A stretch of 20,052 nt of DNA from Octopus sinensis (Eukaryota): assembly GCF_006345805.1 (NCBI RefSeq), contig NW_021824089.1:1-20052 (forward strand), written 5' to 3'. The notes beneath the pieces are model-generated. The model did no database searches and was not told the DNA's origin. It saw nothing but the letters and a program-made list of their open reading frames with translations. The translations under genes were made by a program, and so were the position numbers. This document shows positions 1-11,548 of the stretch, one piece after another (position 1 is the first letter of the stretch; each line of letters starts with the position of its first letter).

Positions 1-95
1 AAGGATCACCAAATAAGAAGGGAAAAGGAGGGGGAAAACCCTTTCTCTGCATCCCTACTGAAAGATGTGTGGATGCTGTTCAATATTTCACAAAA

Positions 96-307
96 GGCGA
101 GCTGGTAGAATCACTAGCGCGCCGGGCTTAGCGGCATTTTGGCCGGCGTCTTTCACGTTCTGAGTTCAAATTCCGCCGAGGTCGACCTTGCCCTTTATCC
201 TTTCAGAGGCGATAAAATAAGTACCAGGTAGGTCCTGGGGTCGATGTAATCGATTTACATCTTCCCTCAAACTTGCTACCCTTGTGTGAAAATTGAAAAT
301 CAATATT
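96..307 (+). mobile_element. tRNA-derived SINE, family B, with 18-bp target-site duplication
   Basis: Head GGCGAGCTGGTAGAATC, B-box-like GAGTTCAAATTCC, central GAGGTCGACCTTGCCCTTTATCCTTTC...GATAAAATAAGTACCAG...CTGGGGTCGAT. Homologous to copies at 16598-16738 and 18725-19752. Flanked by TCAATATTTCA[C/T]AAAAGG at 80-97 and 300-317. Confidence 0.85.
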
Positions 308-643
308 TCATAAAAGGGAGATTGGCCTGCGGAGGCTTTTTCCGAAGTGATGTGATGGAGGAGAAGCGGCATTTTGTTGTTTCGCGAGTCGCGTAGGAAG
401 GTACATAATTCTCATCTTCACAGCCTGTCTGTGCACCAAGATGACAACTTACCACTCACCACATCTGCTGCATCAATCAATAGGGATTTTAGAAGATTTT
501 CTGAGAGGTGATCGATTTTTCGAACTTTCTCTTAGAGAATATTCAGGAACGGTGATTAATGGAATTTCAAGTACCGATTACAGCAGAAATTATAGAACAA
601 ATTCCTAGTTAATTTTTAATCGAAATGTTTTATAAATTACATA

Positions 644-1031
644 CAGTAGAACCTCACAGTACGAGTGCTCCATTGTACGACTAATTTACTTTACGAGCCG
701 AGGCCCTTGAGAATTTTTGTCTTGAAGTACGAGAGGAAACCCGCAGTACGAGCGCACAAATCGTCCCTCTTAAGGTAATTCAATTAATAAACCCAGTTTA
801 CATATTTCTTTTGCATTCCCTTTTTTTTTATAATTGTCATTTTATTTTTAACTACACTGTTTCTGTTTTAAAACCCATAAAACACTATTTTTGAGTGGTT
901 TTCGTGGGGCTGGAACGGATTAATTATATTTTAGTTAATTTCAATGGGGACAAATTGATTTGCAAAACAAGTAAATTGTAAGACGAGCTTGGTCATGGAA
1001 CGAATTAAACTTGTACTGCAAGGTATCACCG
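644..1031. mobile_element. pogo/Tigger-like (Tc1/mariner superfamily) non-autonomous MITE
   Basis: TA at 642-643 and 1032-1033. The left end CAGTAGAACCTCACAGTACGAGT and the reverse complement of the right end CGGTGATACCTTGCAGTACAAGT match at 16/23. Repeated internal TACGAG motifs. No ORF. Confidence 0.7.
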
Positions 1032-1170
1032 TATTTTAAAAAAATATATCAGGATTTCATAGAATCATTTAATTAGTTTGGGTAATCAGGTGTATAGTTT
1101 TAAATTATTCAACATGAAAATATTTTGTGCAACTCTTCAGTTGCTCGCACTAAAAAATAAAATAACAGCC

Positions 1171-1405
1171 AGTAGTAGTAGTAGCAGTAGTAGTAGTAGC
1201 AGTAATAGTAGTAGTAGTAGCAGTAGTAGGAGTGGTAGTAGTAGCAGTAGTAGTAGTAATAGTAGTAGTAGTAGTAGCAGCAGTAGTAGTAGTAGTAGCA
1301 GCAGTAGCAGTAGTAGTAGTAGTAGCAGCAGCAGTAGTAGTAGTGGTAGTAGCAGCAGTAGTAGTAGTGGTAGTAGTAGCAATAATAGTAGTAGTAGTAG
1401 TAGCA

Positions 1406-1491
<86 letters not shown>

Positions 1492-1590
1492 TAGAATAGC
1501 TACTGCTGCTGCTGCTGATGATGATGATGAGCATATGATGCTGATGATAAGATGGTAGCATTCATAGTGGTGGCAGTGGTGGTGCGAGTG
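1171..1590. repeat. compound (AGT)n/(AGC)n microsatellite decaying into (GCT)/(GAT)/(GGT)
   Basis: Direct trinucleotide repeats; the source of the poly-S/V/L/Y/C ORFs. Confidence 0.95.
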
Positions 1591-1719
1591 GTTTTCTTCT
1601 GTTATTCAGCAAATGGTAAACATCTTTAGAGATCTCACCCCAGGCATTCTCCACTCTTTGTAGATTGCTCATTATCCAGATTGTTCACACATATGTACGC
1701 AGGTAAGTACTTACGTACG

Positions 1720-2260
1720 TGTGTATATGTATGTATGAATGTATTTATGCATGTATTATGTATGTATGTATGTATGTATGTATGTATGTGTATGTATGTA
1801 TGTATGTATGTATGTATGTATATATAGTTAGTTGCGTGAATACTCATATGTTTACACGCATACATAAATACATACATGCATACATATACACTCACATACA
1901 TATACACACATCCATATATAGATAATACATATGTATGTGTATATACATACACGAATATATATATATATATGTGTGTGTATGCATACACTCATATATACAT
2001 ACGCTCATATATATATATATACACACGCACACACGTACAGACAAAGGTATATACTGATTCATTCATACATACGCCCATACACTCACATATTTTTTTGTAT
2101 ATATATATATATATATATATACATGCTCGCATCTATTTATCTATCTGTCTATATCTATACATATCTTTCTGCTTTTCTTTCTTTCTTTACATACGTACAT
2201 ACATACATGCATATATGCATGTATGCATACAAACATATATACATTGCATACATATGTGCA
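1720..2260. repeat. (TATG)n/(TA)n/(CA)n compound microsatellite
   Basis: Direct inspection. Confidence 0.9.
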
Positions 2261-2262
2261 TA

Positions 2263-2410
2263 CAGTGGAAGCCACCTGCAGTGACAACTTTAAGATATAT
2301 TTTGTTTAGATAATAATTATCAACTGATAACATAAAGACGACGATAGAAACAACAACCTGAGTGGATTTGTGACCAACATTTTGAAAACAGTAACCGTTT
2401 GATAACATTT
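2263..2410 (+). mobile_element. possible degenerate pogo-like transposon left end
   Basis: TA|CAGTGGAAGCCAC start and two TGATAACAT motifs. No matching right TIR found. Confidence 0.25.
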
Positions 2411-2421
2411 CGTTACGTACT

Positions 2422-2479
2422 AGTTCTTGACGAAGGCGAAATGCCCTTAGTCTTTGTACGTCCTCGAAACCGGTGAACT
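2422..2479 (+). ncRNA. degenerate type I hammerhead-like motif
   Basis: AGTTC-tTGACGA-AGG...CCTC-GAAA-CCGGT-GAACT: 5-bp stem I AGTTC/GAACT and palindromic stem III ACCGGT. C3 is mutated and no H17 base is present. Confidence 0.4.
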
Positions 2480-2741
2480 TGATATCATTTTTCTACTGTT
2501 CGATTTGTTGTCGGTCAGCACCTGCAGAAAAGACTGGAGCAGGGTGAAAATTTCAAGGGATGATGTTATAAGACTGTGCATACTTAGCGTAGCACCGAGG
2601 AGGTGTGGTACGTTAATAATGACGAGACTTGAGTAAATCAGTGGGTTGAGGATACCTGTGTGGGAGAGTTAGGAGATCAGTCAGATCCGAGGATTAGATG
2701 GTGTTGTTGTTGCGATAAAAGAGATAGATTGATATATCTAG

Positions 2742-2759
2742 GGAGAGAAAGTGAGAGAA

Positions 2760-2801
<42 letters not shown>

Positions 2802-3025
2802 GAGACAGAAAGCGTGCGAGATTGAGAGAAAATGAGAGAGAGAAATGTAAGGAAAATATAGAGATGAGAGAAAGAGAGTAAGCGAATGAGGGAGATCGCG
2901 AGTGAGAGAGAGCGCGAGGGAGTGAGAAGGAACGAGAATGAGAAAGAGAATGCGATAGAGAGATAGAGAGATAGAGAGATAGAGAGATAGAAAGATAGAG
3001 CGAGAGAATGAAAGAGAGCATGATA

Positions 3026-3064
<39 letters not shown>

Positions 3065-3130
3065 CGAGCGAGAGTGTGAGAAAGAGGGAAACAGTGAGAG
3101 AATGAAAGAGAGAAAGAGAGGGAGAGAGAG
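2742..3130. repeat. GA-rich / (GA)n, (GAGATAGA)n, (GT)n low-complexity tract
   Basis: Direct inspection. Confidence 0.9.
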
Positions 3131-3964
3131 CATCTTTTTGTAAGATTCACATAAACATTGTTATATTAGCTGTTTGTACATCGAAAGATATACAATGGAC
3201 TGAAATGAAATGAAGACTATTAAGTGTTAATGAAAATTATTTTAAAAAGATATAAGGGAGGTAACTATCGATATTGCAATTTCGGGATTTCTTACTCTTA
3301 TCCTTTTTGAGGGCAATTTTCATTCCTGTTAATGGCCTTTTCATGTCATTTTAGTTACAGTTTTTATTAAATGGCAATATTTCAAAGAAAGCGAACAAGC
3401 AGAATCGGTAAAGTGTTGGTTAAAATAAAGAATAACGCCTTACAGTATTTGCTCCGATTCTCTGGGCTCTGTCTTCAAATGCTGCAAGAAGTCCACTTCG
3501 CCTTTCATCTTTTCGGGTGGATCAACGAGAAAAAAAAAAAAAAAGAAAGAATCTACCCGTTTGAGTGGGGTTGACTGACAGAATTGTTTGAGCTTAGGAT
3601 GGAATGCCTTATGGGTTCTGCACGAGTCTTGTGCATTCTAAGCACAAGTCCAACCCCGTTTACCCCATCAAAAAAAAAAAAAACACACCCACCAATGGTG
3701 ACATTTCTGCCAGGTGTTGTTAACAACAGATCGTATAAGAAAATTTCAAAAAGACAAAAAAAAACAACAACAAAAACCAATAGAAATATAGCTAGAATGG
3801 TTCGATCGGTAGATCGATTGTCACCATAACAAGATTATCCGTTTAACTACCTGAAGTATGAAGTCTGCACTTGACGATATTTTCTTCATGCATAGGAGAC
3901 TCTTGAAAAAACTTAGCAATGTCGTTATTTGTGATTGAATAACTGTAGATTAATCTGTATTTTG

Positions 3965-4126
3965 ATGTCGGTGGTGTCGGTGGTGGCGGTGGTGGTGGTG
4001 GTGGTGTCGGTGGTGGTGGTGGCGGTGAAGGGCGTTACTCAAGCACTGATAACAGGATAGAGAAAGGAGAAGTAGAAGAAGAAGGAGAAAAAAAAGAACA
4101 AAGAACAAGGAGTGGAGCAAAGAAGA

Positions 4127-4159
<33 letters not shown>

Positions 4160-4500
4160 CGTAGAAGGAGTAATAGTTGTAGTAGTAGTAGTATTAGCAG
4201 TAGTAGAAAAAAGAATAAGGAGAAGTAGTAGTAGTAGTAGTAGAAGAAGAAGAAGAAGAAGTAGTAGTAGTAGTAGTAGAAGGAGTAGTAGCAGAAGAAG
4301 AAGGATTAGTAGTAGTAGTGGTAGTAGTAGTAGTAGTAGCAGTAGTAGAAGAAGAAGAAGAAGAAGAAGAAGGAGAAGAAAAAGAAGAAGAAGAAGAAGA
4401 ATGAGAAGAGTAAAAGAAGGAGGGAGGAAGAAGAAGAAATAGAAGTAGAAGGAGAAGGAAAAGAAGAAGAACGAGGAGTAGGAGAAGAAGAAGGAGAAAT
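3965..4500. repeat. (GGT)n then (GAA)n/(GTA)n compound microsatellite
   Basis: Direct inspection; explains ORFs 3950..4540 and 4306..4506. Confidence 0.9.
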
Positions 4501-5585
4501 TCTCACAACGAGATATATTTATAAATTCATAGGAAGCCATATTGAAGACAATAATACGCCATGTCGAAACGAAAATGTGATAAAATCATTATTTGTTACA
4601 GAAAACTTTGTAAGACTTATCCAACATTTCCAAAGATATATTTTAACGTGTGAACTAACAAAATGGAAATCAATGTTGAGTAAATTGTATTAAGTCGAAC
4701 TCTACATGAAACAGACTACATTGTCGATGAAATAAGTGAATATAAATGCATGAAAAATATAGCCATGTTGTAACGGTTGTTAGTCAGATTGTGTTCCGGT
4801 AATTTTCAATTTTCTTCTCTGTCAATTTGTCATTTTAAATATTTACATTAATGGTGGAAAAAAGGAATTAGATGTCACTAAATAATAAATTTACTATAAT
4901 TTAAACACATTTATATTGATTACTTCTGAATAATGTTAGAAAAATTAATCAAAAACACACAACGGCATCAAAGATGAATTTTCCGTTATGGCGCCTTATT
5001 GTTGCTATTGTTGCAACCAACAACAGCAAAAACAACAACAACAACAACAACATTAGACAATATAATGATAAAGGAAAAAGTAAATGACGTTTATAGTAGA
5101 TAAATATTTAATTAGTCTTAATTTCATTTGATTGGTTAATGCATTCTTCCCGTTGTATTTTTCTTTTAATTCGACCAACGTTGATAAAATAATTCTTAAA
5201 TGTAGTTTTTGATGTACTTAAGCAATTATATATGTCTTAAATTCCGGTAATGTAGTAACATTATTCCTGTTCAGCATACTTTTACCGTTATCACTAAGCT
5301 GTTTAAAATGACTCTTGTCACTGTCGTTGATCGTACCAGTAATTACAACAGGGTTCTATAACAGAATCAATGTAAGATGCTACTGTGATTTTTTCATTAA
5401 TTTTCTAAAATTATTCAGAAATAATCAATATTAATTAGTTTAAATTATAAAAAAAAATTATCAGATAGTGACGTGTAACGAAATTTTCCCCACTATTGTA
5501 AATTTTAGAAATGATTGAAAACAACTTTGAAAATGACCGAACATGCTCTGATAGACAACTGCTGCAGGACGTTTATTTATATATA

Positions 5586-5978
5586 CTAGCAGTATCGCCC
5601 GGCGTTGCTCGGGTTTGTTTCGACCCTTTAGAATTAGAATTTTTGAAAAGTAAAAATTTTGCATTATGTAGCTTGTTATTCTCTTTAAGTGAACATTTTT
5701 CTAGTTGAAATACACCGAAAAATGGCGACACAGCAGTAAAAAAATCGTAAAAAATAGGGATTTTCATAGAAAAAAATCCACCTTTTTGATGTAAATAATT
5801 TTTGGTGTTAACATGGTCCGATTTGAATTTTATCTTCTACGGAAGGAAGAGCAAGCCTTCTTCTATCATACTTTCAATTTCGGTCAACTTGCGCCGCAGG
5901 GTCTCGGAGGAGATAGTGTTAGTTGAAGGCTACCAAACCTACCATACACAGACAACTTCAGCTTTATATATAGAGAGA
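5586..5978 (-). mobile_element. non-autonomous Helitron (393 bp)
   Basis: The minus strand reads A|TCTCTCTATATATAAAG...CCCGAGCAACGCCGGG-CGATACTG-CTAG|T. This gives a 5' TC, a GC-rich subterminal hairpin (5598-5613) 8 nt before the 3' CTAG, and insertion between A and T with no TSD. Confidence 0.85.
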
Positions 5979-6213
5979 TTTATACATACTTATTTCATCG
6001 ACAAACAAACGCTGCCTGTTTCATGTTCAAAATGTCATGAAATAATTTAGATTACATCGATTTCCATTTTGTCAGTTCACACGTTAAAATATATCTTTAG
6101 AAATGTGGAATAAATCTTGGGAGGTTTGTTTTCTTTCATGTAATATAGCTTCATTCAGATAACTATATATATAAAAATTGAACCTAGTGTCCATTATAAA
6201 AGAATGTAGCGAT

Positions 6214-6254
6214 TTCCTGAACATTGTATATCCGTTTGGATGCGAAACGTAGAG
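6214..6254 (+). ncRNA. degenerate hammerhead-like motif
   Basis: TTC-CTGAAcA-TTGTATATCC-GTTT-GGATGC-GAAA-CGT-A-GAG. The core has G8>C, stem II is ATCC/GGAT, and stem III is the ACGT palindrome. Confidence 0.3.
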
Positions 6255-6276
6255 CAATTTGAAATTCCTTGACCTG

Positions 6277-6326
6277 CGTAGCAAAAGTAGAGTTTGCCTG
6301 TCGTAGCAAAAGTAGTGTTTGACATT
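6277..6326. repeat. 25-bp tandem duplication
   Basis: CGTAGCAAAAGTAGAGTTTGCCTGT followed by CGTAGCAAAAGTAGTGTTTGACATT. Confidence 0.8.
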
Positions 6327-6594
6327 GGAAACCGAAGCCACAGGTTCTACTACAATATGCAACAAAAGCATTGTTTGTTTTAAATAAACATCTGCGCATC
6401 ATACTTAAAGTAAATACATCACGAAAAGCAAATTAACTGCGGTATTCGTCCGGAGATATCACTTATCACTTATGGACGTGCTGTGTTTAAAAGCACAATA
6501 TATATCGGAGGCAGACGTGAATCGTCCTAGCAGCGGCTTGTGTGAATGCGCGACATGCATTTCTACTTCGGTGTGCGTTGTCAGTAGTCTGTTG

Positions 6595-6677
6595 ACACTT
6601 GCCCAAGGTTCCACACAATGGGACTGAACTCAGAACCGTGTGATTGAGAAGCAAACATTTTACCGCACAACCACATT
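6595..6677 (-). mobile_element. SINE family A head fragment
   Basis: GACACTTGCCCAAGG...GGGACTGAACTCAGAACC...TTACCGCACAACCAC matches the 5' tRNA-like region of the full copies. Confidence 0.75.
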
Positions 6678-6680
6678 GTT

Positions 6681-6964
6681 GAACATCTTATCTGGCTACC
6701 ACAGTCCCCGGATCTCAATATTATTAAACATTTATGGTGCATTTTAGAAAAAACAAGTAATATCCTCCACCATCATCACTACAAGAACAGGAGAGTATTT
6801 TAGCTGGAGAATGGACAAAAATTCATTTGGAAAGAATTCAAACTTGGTACGCGTTCATACATCGTAGAATTCAAGCTGCAATTACTGCCAAAGCAGTCCT
6901 GCCCCATATTAAAATAAATTTGTTTGAAATTTTAAGGTGTTTCCATTATTTTGCCCAACTCCTG
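6681..6964 (+). mobile_element. Tc1-like transposon 3' relic (transposase C-terminus plus right TIR)
   Basis: From 6681 it translates EHLIWLPQSPDLNIIKHLWCILEK (Tc1 WPxxSPDLNPIE motif, catalytic E>K). After a frameshift it reads YPPPSSLQEQESILAGEWTKI...HRRIQAAITAK. It ends GGTGTTTCCATTATTTTGCCCAACTCCTG|TA (TIR 6936-6964 plus TA). Confidence 0.85.
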
Positions 6965-7405
6965 TATATACTTATGTAAATTAAATTAAATCGCCATTTT
7001 TATACAATTTCACCCACGACTGATATAACTTTTTGACAGCCAGTTAAAATATAAAATCTGTATTGCTGTAAAATAGTCACGTGGCTTTTTATATAGTTTG
7101 AATTAAAACACATTTCACATATTTATTAACCCACTTCTTTCAAGAAATTAACACCGTGATTCATTGATAAGAATTGTATTTATTTATCTGCTTTGCGATA
7201 TGATAATTATCAAGAGCATTTCCGGCTTATATGATAACGAAGTGTCATTGAACTTCTCATCTAGAAAGCGGGTAGATATGGTTTCACAGTGCTTCTTTCT
7301 ACTCATTGTGTGAAGTTAATATTCTGTTTTATGTCCCACTTCGATTCTCCTCTTCACCAAGAAGGAAAAAAAAAGCGCTACATCAGGAATGGACAAAGTT
7401 AGTAT

Positions 7406-7796
7406 CTCTTTTGCTCTTTTGCTTGTTTCAGTCATTTGACTGCGGCCACACTGGAGCACCACCTTTGGTCGAACAAATCGACACTAGGACTTATTCTTTG
7501 TAAGCCTAGCACTTATTCTATCGGTCTCTTTTGCCGAACCGTTAAGTTACGGGAACGTAAACACACCAGAATCGGTTGTCAAGCGATGTTGGGGGGACAA
7601 ACACAGACACACACACACACACATACTTATATACGATGGGCTTCTTTCAGTTTCCGTCTACCAAATCCACTCACAAGGCTTTGGTTGGCCCGAGGTTATA
7701 GCAGAAGACACTTGCCCAATGTGCCACGCAGTAGGACTGAACCCAGAACCATGTGGTTCGTAAGGAAGCTACTTACCACACAGCCACTCCTGCACC
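7406..7796 (-). mobile_element. tRNA-derived SINE family A, full length
   Basis: Minus strand: A-box TGGCTGTGTGG, B-box GGTTCAGTCC, TGGGCAAGTGTC segment, internal microsatellite, 3' tail CAGTCAAATGACTGAAACAAG. Six other copies or fragments occur in the window. Confidence 0.9.
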
Positions 7797-7808
7797 TATA
7801 TAAATAAA

Positions 7809-8037
7809 TGTTTCCTCCTTGAGCCATGCCAGGCTCATGAGGGCTGTTTTCCCGGTTTCTATGGCGTATAGTTCCCCCACCTGGACGGGACGCCGATCCG
7901 TATTCATCTGTGCCAGCTGAGTGGACTGGAGCAATGTGAAATGAAGTGTTTTGCTCAAGAACACAACACATCGCCCGGTCCAGGAGTCGAAACCACAATG
8001 TTATGATCATGTCCCTAACACCCCCAACCACTACGCC
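7809..8037 (-). mobile_element. tRNA-derived SINE family C
   Basis: Minus strand: GGCGTAGTGGTT (A box), GGTTTCGACTCC (B box), TGTGTTCTTGAGCAAAACACTT, GGCGTCCCGTCCAGG. Single copy here, so the call rests on motif recognition. Confidence 0.65.
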
Positions 8038-8092
8038 CCCCCCCACATAAGTCAGTATAACGTTTCTATATATTTTATATTAGTATATGGCT

Positions 8093-8660
8093 TTCTTCTT
8101 TTACTTGTTTAGACATTAGACTGCGGCCATGCCGGAGCACCACCTTCAAGGGGTTTAGTCGAACGAATCGACCGTAGCGTTTTTAAAGCTTGGTACTTAT
8201 TCTATCAAACTCTTATTACGAACCGCTAAGTTACGTGGACATTAAAAAAAACTCAATACCGGTTGACAAACGGTGGTGAGGGACAAAAACAAAGTCACAC
8301 ACACATACATACACACATACACACATAAATACACACGCACACGTACTTACATACACACTTACATACGTACATACATACATGTTTACATACATACATGTTT
8401 ACATACATGTTTACATACATACATACACATGCGCACACAGATATATACATACATACATACATACATACATACATACATACATACATACATACATACATAC
8501 TACGCGATGGGTTCTTTTAGTTTCCGTCAACCAAATCCACTCACAAGTCTTTGGTCAGCTCGGGGCTATAGTAAAAAACACTTGTTCAAAGTTTCACACG
8601 GTGAGACTGAACCCAGAACCACGTAGTTGGGAAGCAAACATCTTACCACACAACCACATT
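8093..8660 (-). mobile_element. SINE family A, diverged copy with expanded internal (TACA)n/(CA)n
   Basis: Both halves align to the other A copies; internal microsatellite ~8296-8500. Confidence 0.85.
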
Positions 8661-9049
8661 CAAAAGAAAGAACCTTTCATTAAAGCTTCATTTTCGTATC
8701 TAGCGATCCTCACAAGTATACAAATATCTCCATATATTATGCTCGATCCGGACTGACCTAGTGTTAAACAACGACAGCAATATGAATATAAAAAGTAAAA
8801 CCCATTCTCTTCTCTGAAATATGGGAGCTAAAAGAAACTGCAAGGAATCTTTATCTTGTAGGTCATGAGAATTATAGAGTTGTAGATGTTCTTCCAGTAA
8901 GTCAAGAGAACGAATCTTTGCTAATTTCCTTTTTAAGACATTCAACTGCAGGTGGGGGCGCCACATATCTTATCTCGGTATGTTCTTGTACCAGGAGAAT
9001 TTAATGATAAGGCGCAAATAAAAAAATATTTCTATGAGTTAGAGGCAAT

Positions 9050-9190
9050 GCATTCCGAGTTAAAATATAACCAAAGTCAATTCTGACTTACCTTCTACCG
9101 AATTAATTGATACCAGTAATATAAGTGGATTGATATGATTTTGCAGTGCTTCTTTATACTCTATGTGCTAAGCTAAGAGAAATAAAATAT
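9050..9190 (+). mobile_element. highly degenerate family-B SINE remnant
   Basis: TTCCGAGTTAAAAT...AAGTCAA...TACCAG...TGTGCTAAG resembles the order of B motifs. Confidence 0.3.
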
Positions 9191-9328
9191 TTGTCGATGT
9201 TTTAAGATGTAAAGACGAAGGGTACTGTTTTCCCCTCTGGATACAAGACCAATTTAACGCTAAGAACATTCCGAAAAAATATTGGTTAATATTTTTGAGA
9301 ATTTTAAACTAAAGTTTCTTTCTCTTTC

Positions 9329-9524
9329 TCTCTTACTTGTTTTAGTCATTTGACTGCGGCCATGCTGGAGCACGGCATTTAGTCGAGCAAATCGACTCCA
9401 AGACTTTTTCTTTGTAAGCCTAGTACTTATTCTATTGGTATCTTTTGCCGAACCGCTAAGTTACGGGAACGTAAGCACACCAGCATTGGTTGTCAAGCGA
9501 TGTTGGGGGACAAACAGGGACACA

Positions 9525-9572
<48 letters not shown>

Positions 9573-9793
9573 ACACACACACATATATATATATATACAC
9601 ATATATATATACACACATATATGCGACGGACTTCTTTCAGTTTCCGTCTACCAAATCTTCTACTATAGCCTCGAGCTTTGGTCGGCCCGAGGGTATAGTA
9701 GAAGACACTTGCACGAGATGCCACGCAGTGGGACTGAACCCGGAACCATGTGGTTGGTAACCAAGCTACTTACCACACAGCAACTCCTGCGTC
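9329..9793 (-). mobile_element. SINE family A, full length
   Basis: Colinear with the 7406-7796 and 10665-11109 copies. Confidence 0.9.
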
Positions 9794-10442
9794 TGTTGGA
9801 GAATATTTCAAAAATATTCTTCACAATTTTTCTTTTTATTTTTCCTGGTCCAACCATCGTGGAACATTTCCCTGGTCGATTCCTGTCAATTCTTAATCTA
9901 AGCCAAGCTACGTTATTGTAAGGTGGGAAATTACACACATAGAACAGCATCGAGAGTCCAGGGATAATTTATAACTTGCTGAAAACTATCACTAATTCAC
10001 GAACAGATATAAAACAGTCATTTCTATCGATTTTCCTTTGTACATTCTAGAAACTTGAAACTAATTGGAAATAATTGAAAACCACACGAAGACATGATAT
10101 TACTCCGGTGATATCCTTTCACAAAATGCACATCGCTAATATTTGAAGCGACAAGGTGTTTGTCTTTAAAGCAAATATTCAACTGTTGGACGTTTCATAA
10201 TATTTGTTTCCTCAGCGCCACGAAGAATATAGTAATTTATTACTTGGGTACAAAACCGGTAACTTATTGGAAAAAAATGTAGAAAAACCAAGTGTATGAG
10301 GTCATAATTCAAACGAGTGAGACGAGATAAAAGGCTGTACAAAACTTTTAACGATCAGTTCATTCTGCGTATGAAAATATTCAGCTACCATTTTGTTGTA
10401 GACCTGAGTTAGTCAAATGTTTCTATTTGTTGGAATCGTCTC

Positions 10443-10668
10443 GTTCTTCGTGGGGAAGTTTGATTCAGATAGAGTAGCAACATATCCAGGGAAAACGTAT
10501 TACTCCGGTCTCGTTAATGTTAAGAGGAAACCAGAACATGGAACCATTTCTACGGGCTAAAGTAGCTTGTTAAAATTAACCTAGTCATCTGAAATAGGAA
10601 CCAGTTCTTCGTGGGGGAAATTTGCTTAAGAAAGATTCGCAACATATTCGGAGAAAAAGCATATACTC
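10443..10668. repeat. degenerate direct repeat pair (~64 bp, 161-bp spacing)
   Basis: GTTCTTCGTGGGGAAGTTTG...GCAACATAT...TACTC at 10443-10505 and 10604-10668. Confidence 0.6.
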
Positions 10669-11109
10669 TTTTACTCTTTTACTCTTTTACTTGTTTCAGT
10701 CATTTGACTGCGGCCATGCTGGAGCACCGCCTTTAGTCGAGCAAATCGACCCCGGGACTTATTCTTTGTAAGCCCAGTACTTATTCTATCGGTCTATTTT
10801 GCCGAACCGCTAAGTGACGGGGACGTAAACACACCAGCATCGGTTGTCAAGCAATGCTAAGGGGACAAACACAGACACACAAACACACACACACACACAC
10901 ACACACACAACACACACACACATATATATATATATATACATATATACGACAGGCTTCTTTCAGTTTCCGTCTACCAAATCCGCTCACAAGGCATTGGTCG
11001 GCCGGGGGCTATAGCAGAAGACACTTGCCCAAAATGTCACGCAGTGGGACTGAACCCGGAACCATGTCGTTGGTTAGCAAGCTACTTACCACACAGTCAC
11101 TCCTGCGCC
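10665..11109 (-). mobile_element. SINE family A, young full-length copy with (AAAAGAGT)3 tail
   Basis: Nearly identical to the 14879-15293 copy outside the microsatellite. Confidence 0.92.
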
Positions 11110-11118
11110 TATATGTAT

Positions 11119-11164
<46 letters not shown>

Positions 11165-11174
11165 TTATATGTGA

Positions 11175-11368
11175 AGGCACGATGTGTTCTTCAGCTACGT
11201 AATACTTTCACGCTGTAGCAGTTTACACTTGTGACGCAATAGCCCTCCGATCAGGAGAATATTGGCCTGTCCGCCAAACTAGCGGGATGGTGTAATCCGA
11301 AAGCTAAAACAATATGAAGCGCACTATAACAAGCGATGTATAACCACATCAGTCTGATCGAGACCGTT
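11175..11368 (+). mobile_element. possible degenerate SINE (family D)
   Basis: TGTGTTCTT segment and 3' AAGCTAAAACAAT...AAGCGCA...AGCGATGTATAAC resemble a recurring octopus repeat as I recall it. No second copy in the window. Confidence 0.3.
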
Positions 11369-11379
11369 ATATATATATA

Positions 11380-11548
11380 TTTTCTATCTCTTTTCATTTT
11401 CTCTCCCTGTTTATTTCTGTGTTTTCCCTTCTGTTGAAGAGCATAGGCTCGAAACGTAAACTACTTTCTTACTTCCCGAGCGTTAAACTAATACATCTGT
11501 TTGTTGCTTACACCCTCTTCATCTTTTGTCTTTTTTTGTAAATTCCAC
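11380..11548 (+). mobile_element. Penelope-like pLTR / retrozyme-type fragment with minimal hammerhead variant (11431-11458)
   Basis: Pyrimidine-rich segment between (TA)n tracts containing CTGtTGA-A-GAGC-ATAG-GCTC-GAAA-CGT-A. Confidence 0.55.

Noticed and set aside
2519-2607. Possible exon (TCRKDWSRVKISRDDVIRL...)
   Set aside because: Weak splice signals and no recognisable homology.
1078-4540. Long poly-S/L/V/Y/H and RE/SL-rich ORFs
   Set aside because: Translations of trinucleotide and dinucleotide microsatellites, open in several frames.
4541-4575. TTGAAGACA...TGTCGAAAC hammerhead-like string
   Set aside because: No stem III/UH and no stem I.
6277-6326. Short direct repeats suggestive of a CRISPR-like array
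   Set aside because: Only two adjacent units, no spacers, no cas genes, eukaryotic context.
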